Source of the DNA: Octopus vulgaris
Taxonomy: Eukaryota
Direction of reading: 5' to 3'
NCBI GenBank assembly: GCA_951406725.2
Contig: OX597815.1
Span: 119,226,001-119,290,000, forward strand
Length of the DNA: 64,000 nt
Both the position numbers and the translations under genes were made by a program. Each line of letters begins with the position of its first letter. Position 1 is the stretch's first letter. Below, piece by piece: positions 1-11,533 of the stretch. The notes beneath the pieces are model-generated. The model ran no database searches. It saw nothing but the letters and a program-made list of their open reading frames with translations, and was not told the origin of the DNA.

Positions 1-1250
1 AAGTCACCACATGGTTTAAAACCATCGCTAACAGAAGTAGATCAAGGTTTACCTAATTCAGTATAAAGGACTCTTACCTATCTGCATCTTAGTTATATAG
101 AGGGTTGAATTCCACTTGGGTCTACATCAAAATTAGTGATGAGGATGTAGACATCATTTTGAACACCAAAGAAACCGTATGTTTTGATAAGAGGCTGGAC
201 TGACCCTGAAAGCTCCCTCAGTGTTGCACTTGAGGCATTCAACTTTACTGATATATATAATCTCATAGGCATTTTTATTTGAGATATGTTTAATTATGAC
301 ATTCCCCCACAACTAGTTTTTGCCTCTACATGGACAATGCTTTGGCACTGTCAAAAGGGATGGGGCTCAAAGTCATCAACGAAACCAGTCTGTAGGTGGT
401 TGATTTTCCAAATGTAATGTTAAACTTAGACACTGGTGCCTATGAACACTTTCATAAACTGAATGAGAAACTGGCAATTATTAATACAGGTTCCTGCCAT
501 CCAGCCTTAGTGTTCAGGAACCTGGTCAAAGAGTTTAGCAAACGAATCTCCAACCAATCTTCAAATAAGGGGAGTTTCAATGTCACAGCCCTATATTACA
601 ACAAGGTCCTAACTGCAAGTGGTTTTAATAAGGTTTGGTATATGTGTGATTCTAACTCCACCATGTGAAAATGCCACTATAAAGTCATATAGTTCACCCT
701 CCTCCATTTTCCCTGAACATTAAACCTTGTCCAGGCAGAATTTTCTTTAGTTCAGTCAATAAGCATTTCCCCCAAACACATAGATACAGAAAAATATTTA
801 ATAGACATATCTTGAGGATCTCTTTTAGCTGTGCTTCTAACATTAAGAAAACATCACTAAGTAGGCCCAAGCCTAAAACAGAGGCAGACTGCTCATATGG
901 AGATAACACTGCACACCCATTTGACTGCCATTGCAGTATGAGGTAGAGTATGTGGGCATATCAGAATTTCTCTTCAGTATCACAAGCACAAGTTCTTGTT
1001 TAACATTCAAGAGAGGTGAATTGATACATCTCTAGCGAGACATAGAGGATATTGAGAGAAAATTCTATATATTATGACATTAAAGAGAGGATGCTAAAAG
1101 AGTGTAAACCTTATTTTAATAGTAAAAGGAGGTGCATGCTCTGTCAGGCTGAGAAAAGAATGATATCAAAGGACTCTCTCCGTGCATGTACCTACCTTAA
1201 CTGTAAGGTGACGTTTTTACCTCATCCAGTAGAACAAAAATGTGGTTAGT
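1..1250 (+). mobile_element. Degenerate Penelope-like retroelement (RT, thumb and GIY-YIG C-terminus), cut by the window edge
   Basis: Frameshifted peptides VDFPNVMLNLDTGAYEHFHKLNEKLAIINTGSCHP..KRISNQSSN (PLE thumb, cf. FLDVTLNL..G.YKPY.KPN..P.YI...SNHP), a 'FPQTHRYRKIFNRHILRISFSC' segment near 770-835, and KECKPY...RRCMLCQAEK (1052-1249), typical of PLE C-termini; many stops. Confidence 0.75.
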
Positions 1251-1304
1251 CATATTTCATAACATTTTTTCATTAAGCATAATATCATGCATTTATAGGT
1301 ATAA

Positions 1305-1852
1305 TATGACTATATGGTTAAGAAGTTAGGTAAATAATCATGTAGTTTGAGGTTCATTCTCACTACATGGCACCCTCGGCAAGTGTCTTCTGCTGTAGCC
1401 TCTAGTCGCCCAGTGATTTGGTAAACAGTAATTGAATGGAAATTCATATATATGTATATGTATGTACCTGTATATTTAATTCAGAATAAATTTTGGTTGG
1501 CCCCCCACTTTGTAGCAAGGTTTTGAAGGAAAGCATCAGAGCAAGTGTCTTTGACTATATCCCCAAACCAACCAAAGCCTTATAAAAGGATTGGGTGGAT
1601 GGAAATTGAAAGAAGCCTATTATACACACACATTCACACACGTGTGTGTGTGTGTGTGTTTGTGTATACCGTTGTCCTGGTATGGTTGTAAATATGAATC
1701 ACCGTCATACAAGTGAGGTTGTTCATTTCCAGACTGTCATGGAAAGCACATCTGGCTATGAGAAAACATTACCTTAGATGGAAAATTTGCTTCAATAAAT
1801 TCCATCTGGCCTATTGCAAGCATAGAAAAGTGGATCTTAAATGATGATGATA
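1305..1852 (+). mobile_element. Diverged tRNA-headed SINE(s) with internal (CA/TG)n and (GAT)n tail
   Basis: TGGTTAAGAAG head, GGCAAGTGTCTTC core, GGAAATTGAAAGAAGCC, microsatellite, then body and ATGATGATG tail; the same family recurs on - at ~19030-19390, ~31090-31470 and ~33790-34110. Confidence 0.65.
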
Positions 1853-2714
1853 AAGCTATTCAAACCAGCCTTGTATACTCAGCTTAGTTTTTTCTTGATG
1901 CCTTAACTCACAGTTTCAGCTAAATCTCTATTATTTCTGTTTGCCTTCCATGTTAGATTTACTATAACATGGCCAACAATATAATTTTTACCACTACCCT
2001 ACATGACAGCAACTACTACTATCACTCCAAAAGCAAGTACACATCTCCAAAACACTTCACCTTCATTCTTTTACTCGCATAATTTAGGTAGAGCACTTCA
2101 CTATCTTCTTTAATTAAGTATGAAGACACCTCAGTTTTATAGAAGCAGGGGATTGAGAAATATTGCCTTTTACAATGACATGGATAATTTAACTGAAGTT
2201 TTGTGATGAATTTGGCCATTTTAAATCTAGTCATTTACTTGGCTGTAGTTAAAAAATATATACACAAATTACTGTATGTTTAATGGAAGAAATAAGGAAA
2301 TCAGATTCAGTATGTTGGATTTCACAAATAAGATGAAAATATATATGTGCTTGTAAAAAATATGCCATGCTAGTATGGGAAAACAGCAGTGGTGGTAGGG
2401 GTGATGGTGGTGAAGGTGGCGGTGGTGGTGGTGGTGGTGGTTATAGTTTTAAACGTAATGATGATAATGATTGTTGTGGATGACCCCTAACCCTAACCCA
2501 AACTAAACAAGTACCTCTTCTCAGCACCCTACCTTACTGCAAGTGGGTGATGCTACACAAAACCGCCTGTAATGCTACATTGAACCATTCCAGCCATTCT
2601 TGTAGCCAATATTACAATCAAATTAAGGCTTAATTCTTTTGTCTGTCCTTGTTTATCCCCTCTGTGTTTAGCCCCTTGTGAGCAATAAAGAAATGAATAT
2701 TACAATCACATCAA

Positions 2715-2946
2715 GGTGGCGAGCTGGCAGAAACATTAGCACACCAGCCGAAATGCTTAGTGGTATTTTGTCTGTCTTTATGTTCTGAGTTCAAATTCCG
2801 CTGAGGTCGACTTTGCCTTTCATCCTTTCGGGGTCGATTAAATAAGTACCAGTTATGCACTGGGGTCGATGTAATCAACATAATCCTTTTGTCTGTCCCT
2901 GTTTGTCCCCTCTGTATTTAGCCCCCTGTGGGCAATAAAGAAATAA
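2715..2946 (+). mobile_element. tRNA-derived SINE with CGACTTTGCCTTTCATCCTTTCGGGGTCGAT central domain (Meta-domain-like)
   Basis: GGTGGCGAGCTGGCAG head, B-box GAGTTCAAATTCC, central domain, flanking direct repeat AATATTACAATCA; relatives at ~8828-8976 (+), ~47810-48010 (-) and ~63205-63520 (+). Confidence 0.75.
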
Positions 2947-3203
2947 ATATTACAATCACATTTTCTCCTCTCTCCATGTCCGTCTCCAAATACAAACTAC
3001 TACAGCAACCAAAACCTACCACTCATTTTAATTCCTTCCTATTTCATGTACCGTTACCATGTTTACCGCCTTGCTATTTATCTTTTATCTTTAACTTGTT
3101 TCAGTCATTTGACTGTGGCCATGCCAGGTCACTGCCTTGAAGAATTGTTACTCGAATGAATCGACCCCAAAACTTTTTTTTTAAAGCCTGGTACTTATTC
3201 TGT

Positions 3204-3586
3204 GATACAGTTCTATATTTAAGAGATGAGTTATTTACATTATTTACATTTGATGGATACTTGTCCTCATCTTTTTTGTTAACACAACGTTTCAGCTGAT
3301 ATACCCTCCAGCCTTCATTGGGTGTCTTGGGGAAATTTCAAACCTAGGTTCTCATTCCTAAGCTATTTTTCGATGTTATTATTATCATTCAGGTCACTGC
3401 TTGGAATCAAACTTAGAATCTTGGGGTTAGTAGCCTGCACTCTTAACCACTACGCCGTATGCCTGTGGGCATACGACATAGTGCCATGCTGGGACTGAAC
3501 CTGATGAAGGCTGGAGGGTATATCAGCGGAAACGTTGTGTTAACAACGAACAAGTTGAGGACAAATATCCATCAAATGTAAATAAT
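3204..3586. mobile_element. Palindromic non-autonomous element: tRNA-like head plus PLE-type hammerhead tail, head-to-head
   Basis: Inverted repeats ~3237-3318 and ~3504-3588; candidate TSD GTACTT(A/G)TTCTGT at 3191-3203 and 3587-3599; tRNA-like A/B boxes on the - strand at ~3390-3463. Confidence 0.75.
3499..3541 (+). ncRNA. Minimal type I hammerhead ribozyme motif
   Basis: CTGATGA-A-GGCTG[GAGGGTATAT]CAGC(G)-GAAA-CG-TT-GTGT; the inverted copy (~3278-3328) supplies stem I GACAC/GTGTT. Confidence 0.7.
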
Positions 3587-4227
3587 GTACTTGTTCTGTT
3601 GTCTCTTTTGCTGAACTGCTATGTTACAGAGATGTAAACATACCAATGCCAGTTGTCAAGCAGTGATGGGGACAAATACACACACACACACGACGTTAAG
3701 AAGGGCATCCTGCAGTAGAAACCATGCCAAAACCATTGCAGCTCCTTTCAAACCGCCCAACCCATACCAGCATGAAAAACAGACATTAAATGATGATGAT
3801 GATAATGATGACAATGGGCTTCTTTCAGTTTCCATCTACCAAATCCACTTACAAGGCTTTAGTTAGCTCAGGGCTGTACTAGAAGACATTTGCCCAAAGT
3901 GCCATGCCGGGGAACTGAACCTGGAACCATGTGGTTGGGAAGCAGAGTCGACTGGGTGCTTTTTACATGGCACCAGCACAGGCGAGGTCAATTTTGGTGT
4001 GGTTTTTACAGCTGGGTGCCCTTCCAAATGCCAACCACTTCACAGTGTGGACTGGATACTTTTTATATGACACCAGCCCTGGCAGCGTCACCAAGTAACT
4101 TGCAAGACAAGGAATTTTTGAGATGGGAGGGGGGCATTGGAGGAGGTGATCTTGTTAGAGTGTGATAGAGAGAGAAAGAGAGGTAGAAACAGGTGTCTTG
4201 CTATAGACACACACGTATGTATATGTA

Positions 4228-5018
4228 TATGCTGATGACCTGGCCCTCATAGCAGAATCATTACTGGAACTAGAAAAGAAATTTAGGATGTGGAAGCTAG
4301 GTTTAGAATCAAAAGGCCTTAGAGTCAATGTAGCGAAGACTAAAGTTCTAGTAAGTAGGAAGGCAAACTCATCACACACTCCCTCAGGTAGGTGGCCTTG
4401 CTCAATCTGTAGAAAAGGTGTCGGTAGAAACTCTAGACAATGTATCCAGTGTAAGCTATGGACACATAAGAGGTGCAGCAACATCAAAGGAAAATTAAAG
4501 CTTTCGTATGCAGCAGATGCACAGGGGCAATAGACACCACAGACACTCAGAAAATAGATTCCATCACACTCCAGGGGGAGAAATTAGAAGTAGTTGATAG
4601 CTTCCACTACCTAGGTGACCAAGTTAGTAGTGGGCGTGGATGCTCACAGGATGGCCAGCTGTGATTACCTTGGATCGTTGGGTGACTTGCTGTGCTTGAG
4701 GAGACCTATGAAGTCAAGTACATCAACATCAAAATAAAAATCAAATGGAAATTGTGGCTGTGATACTCGTGCCGGTGGCACGTAAAAAGCACCAACCATT
4801 TGTGGCCGTTACCAGCCTCTTCTGGCCCCTGTGCCAGTGGCATGTTAAAAGCACCCACAACACTCATGGAGTGATTGGCGTTAGGAAGGGCATCCAGCTG
4901 TAGAAACACTGCCAGATCAGACTGGAGCCTGGTGCAGCCTCCTGGCTTCCCAGACCCCGGTCGACCCATCCAGTCCATGCTAGCATGGAAAGCGGATGTT
5001 AAACAATGATGATGATGA
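4228..5018 (+). mobile_element. 5'-truncated, internally deleted RTE-clade LINE with 3' UTR and (GAT)n tail
   Basis: Begins TATGCTGATGACCTG (YADDL), then WKLGLESKGLRVNVAKTKVLV, WPCSICRKGVGRNS.QCIQCKLWTHKRCS, EVVDSFHYLGD; ends GGATGTTAAACAATGATGATG. Confidence 0.85.
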
Positions 5019-5900
5019 TATATATATATATATATATACACATACATATATTATTGGCTTCTCCACAGTTTACTAAATTTCTACCAAATTCACTCACAGG
5101 ACATTGGTCAGTCTGAGGCTATTGCAGAAACATTTAGCCAAAGTACTATACAGTGAGACTGAACCTGAAACCACATGGTTGTTAAGCAAGCTTCTTAACC
5201 ACTCAGCCATGCCTGAGCCAAACCATAAAGCCATGCATGACAAATTTTCACATTTTCCATATTACATCACCATATCTCTGCCACCATCAGCAATTCACCT
5301 CCTACTATCACACCCTTCTGGTGTGGTTACCTCTACTTTTGTTTTTTACTTATTATTTTCTACCACTTTATAACACCACCGTTACCACCATATCTAATTT
5401 CTTTTATATCACACTCTATCTTTCTCTAGATTCACCTCCCTGTTCACCCTGCTATCATTCTTTTTATCTCCAGGCTCCTAGCTTTTCTCCTTTCACCTTT
5501 TATTTCCTGTCTATTGTTCTCAAAGTCCACCGATTTTCCCATCATGCCCCTGTTCAGATAACACCAGAGTGAGCATGCAGTGAAGCTGTTTGTGTGTGTG
5601 TGTTTATACACAGAAAGAAGCAGCTACTGGTCTATTTTATAATTTTTATGCACATGGGTGGATATATATACAAGCACACACATTTACACCTACACATGTG
5701 CGTGTGCTTACACGTGATAAAATACTCATTTATGTCTAAAACAAACTGTATACAGAACTGCACATATACATACCAGTGTATATGTCTGTGTATGTATATG
5801 AATATATCTGTGTGTGTGTGTGTGTGTGTGTGTAAAATTTCTGTATGCATACACAAATTTATGTATTCACTCTTGTGTGCACATGTTTATACATACACAC

Positions 5901-7348
5901 TATCTCTCTCTCTACAAAATTTAACCTTAGGCGAGGCTACCTCAAGCCGTAATCCCATCTCTTCCCATCTCTTCCCATCTTTCAGCCATCTTTCAGCCAT
6001 CTTTCAGCCATTGGCGGTCTTTTTTCCTCCTCTTACCATTACGATTCTACAATTTAAATTCCCAATTCAACTAACTTACTTCTTAAATTTCAACTCCCGA
6101 TCGATGTCCGCAGCAAGTTCTTTAAAAATTTATCTTAATATTTCCATTCGTTGTTACTACGTTTATTCATACATTGTTACGAAAATTTAACCTTTTAAGG
6201 CTACTTTCAAGCCTTCGCCATAACTTGATTTATCTTTCTATCTCTCTCTCTACAAAATTTAACCTTAGGCGAGGCTACCTCAAGCCGTAATCCCATCTCT
6301 TCCCATCTCTTCCCATCTTTCAGCCATCTTTCAGCCATCTTTCAGCCATTGGCGGTCTTTTTTCCTCCTCTTACCATTACGATTCTACAATTTAAATTCC
6401 CAATTCAACTAACTTACTTCTTAAATTTCAACTCCCGATCGATGTCCGCAGCAAGTTCTTTAAAAATTTATCTTAATATTTCCATTCGTTGTTACTACGT
6501 TTATTCATACATTGTTACGAAAATTTAACCTTTTAAGGCTACTTTCAAGCCTTCGCCATAACTTGATTTATCTTTCTATCTCTCTCTCTACAAAATTTAA
6601 CCTTAGGCGAGGCTACCTCAAGCCGTAATCCCATCTCTTCCCATCTCTTCCCATCTTTCAGCCATCTTTCAGCCATTGGCGGTCTTTTTTCCTCCTCTTA
6701 CCATTACGATTCTACAATTTAAATTCCCAATTCAACTAACTTACTTCTTAAATTTCAACTCCCGATCGATGTCCGCAGCAAGTTCTTTAAAAATTTATCT
6801 TAATATTTCCATTCGTTGTTACTACGTTTATTCATACATTGTTACGAAAATTTAACCTTTTAAGGCTACTTTCAAGCCTTCGCCATAACTTGATTTATCT
6901 TTCTATCTCTCTCTCTACAAAATTTAACCTTAGGCGAGGCTACCTCAAGCCGTAATCCCATCTCTTCCCATCTCTTCCCATCTTTCAGCCATCTTTCAGC
7001 CATTGGCGGTCTTTTTTCCTCCTCTTACCATTACGATTCTACAATTTAAATTCCCAATTCAACTAACTTACTTCTTAAATTTCAACTCCCGATCGATGTC
7101 CGCAGCAAGTTCTTTAAAAATTTATCTTAATATTTCCATTCGTTGTTACTACGTTTATTCATACATTGTTACGAAAATTTAACCTTTTAAGGCTACTTTC
7201 AAGCCTTCGCCATAACTTGATTTATCTTTCTATCTCTCTCTCTACAAAATTTAACCTTAGGCGAGGCTACCTCAAGCCGTAATCCCATCTCTTCCCATCT
7301 CTTCCCATCTTTCAGCCATCTTTCAGCCATCTTTCAGCCATTGGCGGT
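5901..7348 (+). repeat. Tandem array of ~4.4 near-identical 327-338 bp monomers
   Basis: Unit starts TATCTCTCTCTCTACAAAATTTAACC at 5901, 6239, 6577, 6904 and 7231; the length difference is one 11-nt CCATCTTTCAG subunit. Confidence 0.95.
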
Positions 7349-7360
7349 GCGCCCGCCCCC

Positions 7361-7522
7361 CACCCCCACCACCAATACCGATGAACACTGTTCTCACCCC
7401 CACCACCAATACCGATGAACACTGTTCTCACCCCCACCACCAATACCGGTGAACACTGTTCTCACCGCCAACACCACCAATACTGGTGAACACTGTTCCT
7501 CACCCCCCACCACCAATACCAG
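7361..7522 (+). repeat. 34-bp minisatellite, ~4.6 copies
   Basis: CACCCCCACCACCAATACCGATGAACACTGTTCT at 7361, 7395 and 7429, diverged copies at ~7463 and ~7501. Confidence 0.9.
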
Positions 7523-8479
7523 TATACCCTGTCCTCACCATCTACACCGGATACGCCTTACTCATCTACACCGGGTAAGCCCTACTCCCTCCTCCTCCCC
7601 CACTACCCCTTCTCCTCATATGCTTTCACTGTGAAAAGACAAGCTGCTAGCGCCATAGCTCATCAACTGCCCACCGATCTTACGCTTCCTCCGGACACTG
7701 CTTCATTCCGACTATCCCCCTTTAGCACCCTCCCGCCTCGTAATATCCTACGTTTTTATTTCTTAGGAACCTACACCAACCCTTCCTGCCATCGTTCCTC
7801 CTTACCCCAACCTTCCCCACTGGTTGCTCCCCTATATTACCCACCTCAACTGGACCCCCCTCCCCAACTCAACTCTAGAATATCTGTATTCTTTCCTCTA
7901 CCTAATAACGTTACTCAGTGACGATAACGAATGTCTTTATTTCTTAGGAACCTACACCAACCCTTCCTTACTCAGTGACGATAAATGCTGTGACTACAAA
8001 GACCCGGGCTGCTTTCTGCAGCAATTCCACATACCCCCTACTCATTCTAAGTACCCCAGATCCCCAAAGTACCCTGGATCCCCAAAGTACCCCGGACCTC
8101 GTTGCCCCCGTGCCGCTGACACGTTAAAATGCTCGAACCGATCGTGACGATGCCGGACCCTCCGGCCCCTGTGCAGGTGGCACGTAAAAAGCACCCAATC
8201 CACTCACGGAGTGGTTGGCGTTAGGAAGGGCATCCAGCCGTAGAAACTCTGCCAGATTCAGACTGGAGCCTGGTGCGGCCCCTGGCTTCCCAGACCCGGT
8301 CAAACCGTCCAACCCGTGCTAGCGCGGAAAGCGGACGTTAAACGATGATGATGATGATGATGATGACACCACACATATATATGTGTGTGTGTATACGTAT
8401 ATACATGTGTGTATATATGTATATATGTATGCTCTTTTTTAATTATTTTAAATCTTTCTCTGTGGAAGGAACTGGTTTC

Positions 8480-9570
8480 TGGCAAACATATAAAACTCCA
8501 ATGTTGAAATGTTCATAACAAAAACAAATTCACATTTTGAACTCGCAAAAAGTTTTGCATATCTTTACTGTTCCACTTACTGATTGTATTCTTAATGTGT
8601 GAGTTAGTTGGTTGATTTTCTTTTCTGAAAACCGTGGCTAATCCAGATTGTCACTTAGGCATTTACTCACAAAGCCAAGTGCACCAATAATTATTGGCAT
8701 CAATGTGAATTCATAAGCTGGAGATTTTGAAGCTCTTGTCCATATTTATCCTCTTTCTTTTTGCTTTTTAAAGAGATACCCACATCAACAGAGTAGCTGA
8801 CTTTTGTGACAATACATACTTGTCTGTTACATTCTGAGTTCAAATCCCACCGAAGTTGACTTTGCCTTTCACCCTTTCGGGGTCAATAAATTAAGTACCA
8901 TTTGTGTACTGGGGTTGATCTAATCAACTGGCCCTCTTCCCCCCAAATTTCAGGCCTTGTGCCTTGAGTAGAAAAGAATACATACTTGTCTGTCCCCAAA
9001 AACAGTATCTGGCCTGTAATGTTTATTATACTTGACAGAAGTTTTGATGGGAATGTTCTACTAGTATTTGTTGTGTTGAATGTTTGTGCATGTATTCAGT
9101 AACAGGGTGATTCTCTATATTTTTTCTAGGGCATCCTTTTTACTGAAACATTGTGTTGCATGGGTATGCGTTGTGTACCTTGACATTTTTGGGCAGCTAC
9201 TAATCATGTGTGATGTCTTCTACAGAAATGTGATATTATCTATTTTTGGCTGCATATTGGGGCTCCAATGGTTTCACTGTTTCTTTTACTGAGTGCTTCA
9301 CAGAAGTCTCCTGTTTTTGGATTGCAAATGTACAGTGTTCAAAGTGTGATATGTTGTAGTGGTCACAAATCCAAGAGATGCTGAACTACATATGAATGTT
9401 ACTGTCCCCTTCAGGTCTTTGGGAAACATACCTTTATTATGGTGTGGTGAGCGTTTCACAACTAGGCTTTCTTTGAGATATGTTAGTCCGACAGTTTTGG
9501 AATTGTATGGGAAGTTGTCAGGAAGAGTGTGCTTCCTGAGGACCTCACTACAACACATATGATGTTGTTT
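8480..9570 (-). mobile_element. Degenerate R4/Dong-type (restriction-like endonuclease) non-LTR retrotransposon, 3' part
   Basis: Minus-strand remnants TFAIQKQE, EDITHMISSCPKMS (CCHC knuckle), RPDTVF, KKEDKY, PIIIGALG, SVSGTVKICK, matching the R2/R4-group C-terminus. Confidence 0.7.
8828..8976 (+). mobile_element. Truncated Meta-domain-like SINE inserted in the R4-like element
   Basis: 17-bp TSD AATACATACTTGTCTGT at 8811-8827 and 8977-8993. Confidence 0.85.
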
Positions 9571-9869
9571 TCTTTGCTTTCTAGCTCTAAGTTTATGTGT
9601 GTACATATGTTTGGATGTATGCATATATATGTATGTGAGTGTGTGTGTGTGTATGTATGTATCATTATTGTTTAATGCCTATCTTCTATGCTGTAATGAG
9701 TTGGACAGTTTGACAGGATCTAATGGGTCAGATTACTACATCAAGTTCCAATGTCTACTTTGGCTCAGTGCCCTTCCAACCATTTTACAGAGTTTGCTGA
9801 GTTCTGTATAAATACCAGTACTTTTCCAAGTACTCAATTTTTACCAAGTAACCCTTTTACTCAGTTTTT

Positions 9870-10065
9870 CTCAACACATTTGCACTTTGTCAGAAATGCA
9901 CACTGCCATTGTAAATCCAACAGAGCTGGCTAACTTCATTTCTTTCTCGTCTTCCCGTGTCTTCTACACTCACAGTCCACATTTCACTACCATGCAGCAT
10001 TGCTGTTTATACACCTGTATCATATAATCTTTCACTCTGAGAGCTGTCTTTTAGATAAACAAATT
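9870..10065 (-). mobile_element. RTE LINE RT fragment
   Basis: Similar to 12200-12300 and 55400-55540 (minus-strand KGRLYD....AMLHGSE.W motif). Confidence 0.55.
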
Positions 10066-10639
10066 TGGTAGAAAATGGGGGCAGGGGACGGGTGGAAGTA
10101 TTTCCGCATATTGATATTTGTTCTTATATGTATTCATATATGTCTGAGTTTGTTTGTGTATTGTCCTCATTACCAATTGTGTATCGTCCTCATCACCAAT
10201 ATCACTTTCACATCTACTTACCATGCTGATCAGCGTTGAGCAAGTTGTCATGATTTGAACTAGTTGTTATTTGGTGTTAGTGCCCTCTTGAATGAATCAG
10301 ATGGTCTCATCCCGCTCAAACGTTTTAATTTGGCAGGGTTTTGATGCCCTTCCTAACACCAACCTCTATATAGAGTGCATCATATTGTGGCACCAGCACT
10401 GGAGAGACAGTCATGTCTTCAGATATACAAAAGTGTCCTCTCAACCTGGCATTATCTCTTCTTGGTTGTTTATCATTTTACAGAGTGCACTAGCTACATT
10501 TTATCAAGACACCAGCATTACTGAATTTAATTGTGTTGCTTGGACGTTTGTTGGACGTGTGAGTGGCTGAGTTGATGAATAAAAGTATGTTGCTTAAAGA
10601 AATAACTGACCAGCATCCGCAAACATTTAGCAGATTTTA

Positions 10640-10930
10640 TTATCGCACATAAAGTCAAACTGCATTGGCCTTTTACAGATAACAACAGCAATAATTACAT
10701 ACTGGGAGTGAGATACTGCTTGGAGTTTATGACAAACTGTTGATACGGTAACATGTGGCTTGGCCGACATAACTGGAAACAATTGTGCTATATTCATGGC
10801 TACATAGGTTCTTGGTAATCTGCCTGATCCATCTTTGTGGATCGTCTGATGTGGCATTGAGACACATCTTGCTCAGCTGCCTCAACATTCTGCAGTTGAT
10901 TACTGCCAAAAGTGGCCTTTTATAGGGTGC
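10640..10930 (-). mobile_element. Possible Tc1-like transposase N-terminal (HTH) remnant
   Basis: RMLRQLSK.. and HVTVSTVCHKLQA resemble the Tc1 VS.STV.R.L helix; very degraded. Confidence 0.3.
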
Positions 10931-11533
10931 AAAAAGAAAATTCTAGACGATTAAATTATGTGATGGCTTAACGCTGACTGCTTAATAGACCAATCATATG
11001 AAACTGTTGTGGTTTGCTTGTGATGTCTAGCTGCATATCCCTGGATTCAGTTTTGAATCCCTGCTACACTTGAAATCCACAAGAATAAAGAGTTGTCACT
11101 ACTTTGTGGTTTTTCCATTCATTCAAAGCAGCTTGATCAAGAATAGACAAGAGAGTAAGGAGTGAGAGTATGATGGGGCTAGGAAATAATGGATAGGAGA
11201 AATAGTGAATTGAGTGAGAGTGAGAGGGTGAGTGTGATAGAGGTTAGTGAATAGAGGGATAAGAGGGTATCAGAGAGCATGATGGGAGAAAGGGAGTGAA
11301 GATTCTGTGGATAAGAAAGAAGGCAGGTGAGGTAGCAGGGAGAAGGAGAGAGTGGGTGGCAGAGAGATTAGTTATAAAGATGAGTTAGCACAGTGCTGAT
11401 GGAGGTTTAACAAGAGTAGGTTAAACATTGGCTTAAATGAAGGCAAGGAGCAACTGATGGCAGATTTACAAGGACATATTGGGTAACCAAGCCTCCATTA
11501 CTACTATCATTTAAATGTTTACTGCATCATATA

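Larger units (their letters stand above)
3085..3690 (-). mobile_element. tRNA-SINE 3' half (family of 11534-11905), interrupted by the hammerhead element
   Basis: Reverse complement of CATGGCC(A/G)CAGTCAAATGACTGAAACAAGT tail and the AAGAGAC..ATAGAATAAGTAC body. Confidence 0.7.
5901..8365 (+). mobile_element. Composite non-autonomous retroposon, copy 1 (monomer array, GC motif, body, RTE tail)
   Basis: Junction motif, body and tail are homologous to 13600-14798 (-); ends CGGACGTTAAACGATGATGAT with CpGs intact. Confidence 0.75.

Noticed and set aside
2484-2499. CCCTAACCCTAACCC telomere-like repeat
   Set aside because: Only about 2.5 units; too short to call interstitial telomeric sequence.
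5594-6190. 198-aa ORF
   Set aside because: Runs through (TG)n microsatellites into the monomer array; no recognisable protein features.
5901-7522. Possible CRISPR-like array
   Set aside because: Units are wholly repeated with no unique spacers; eukaryotic context and no cas genes.
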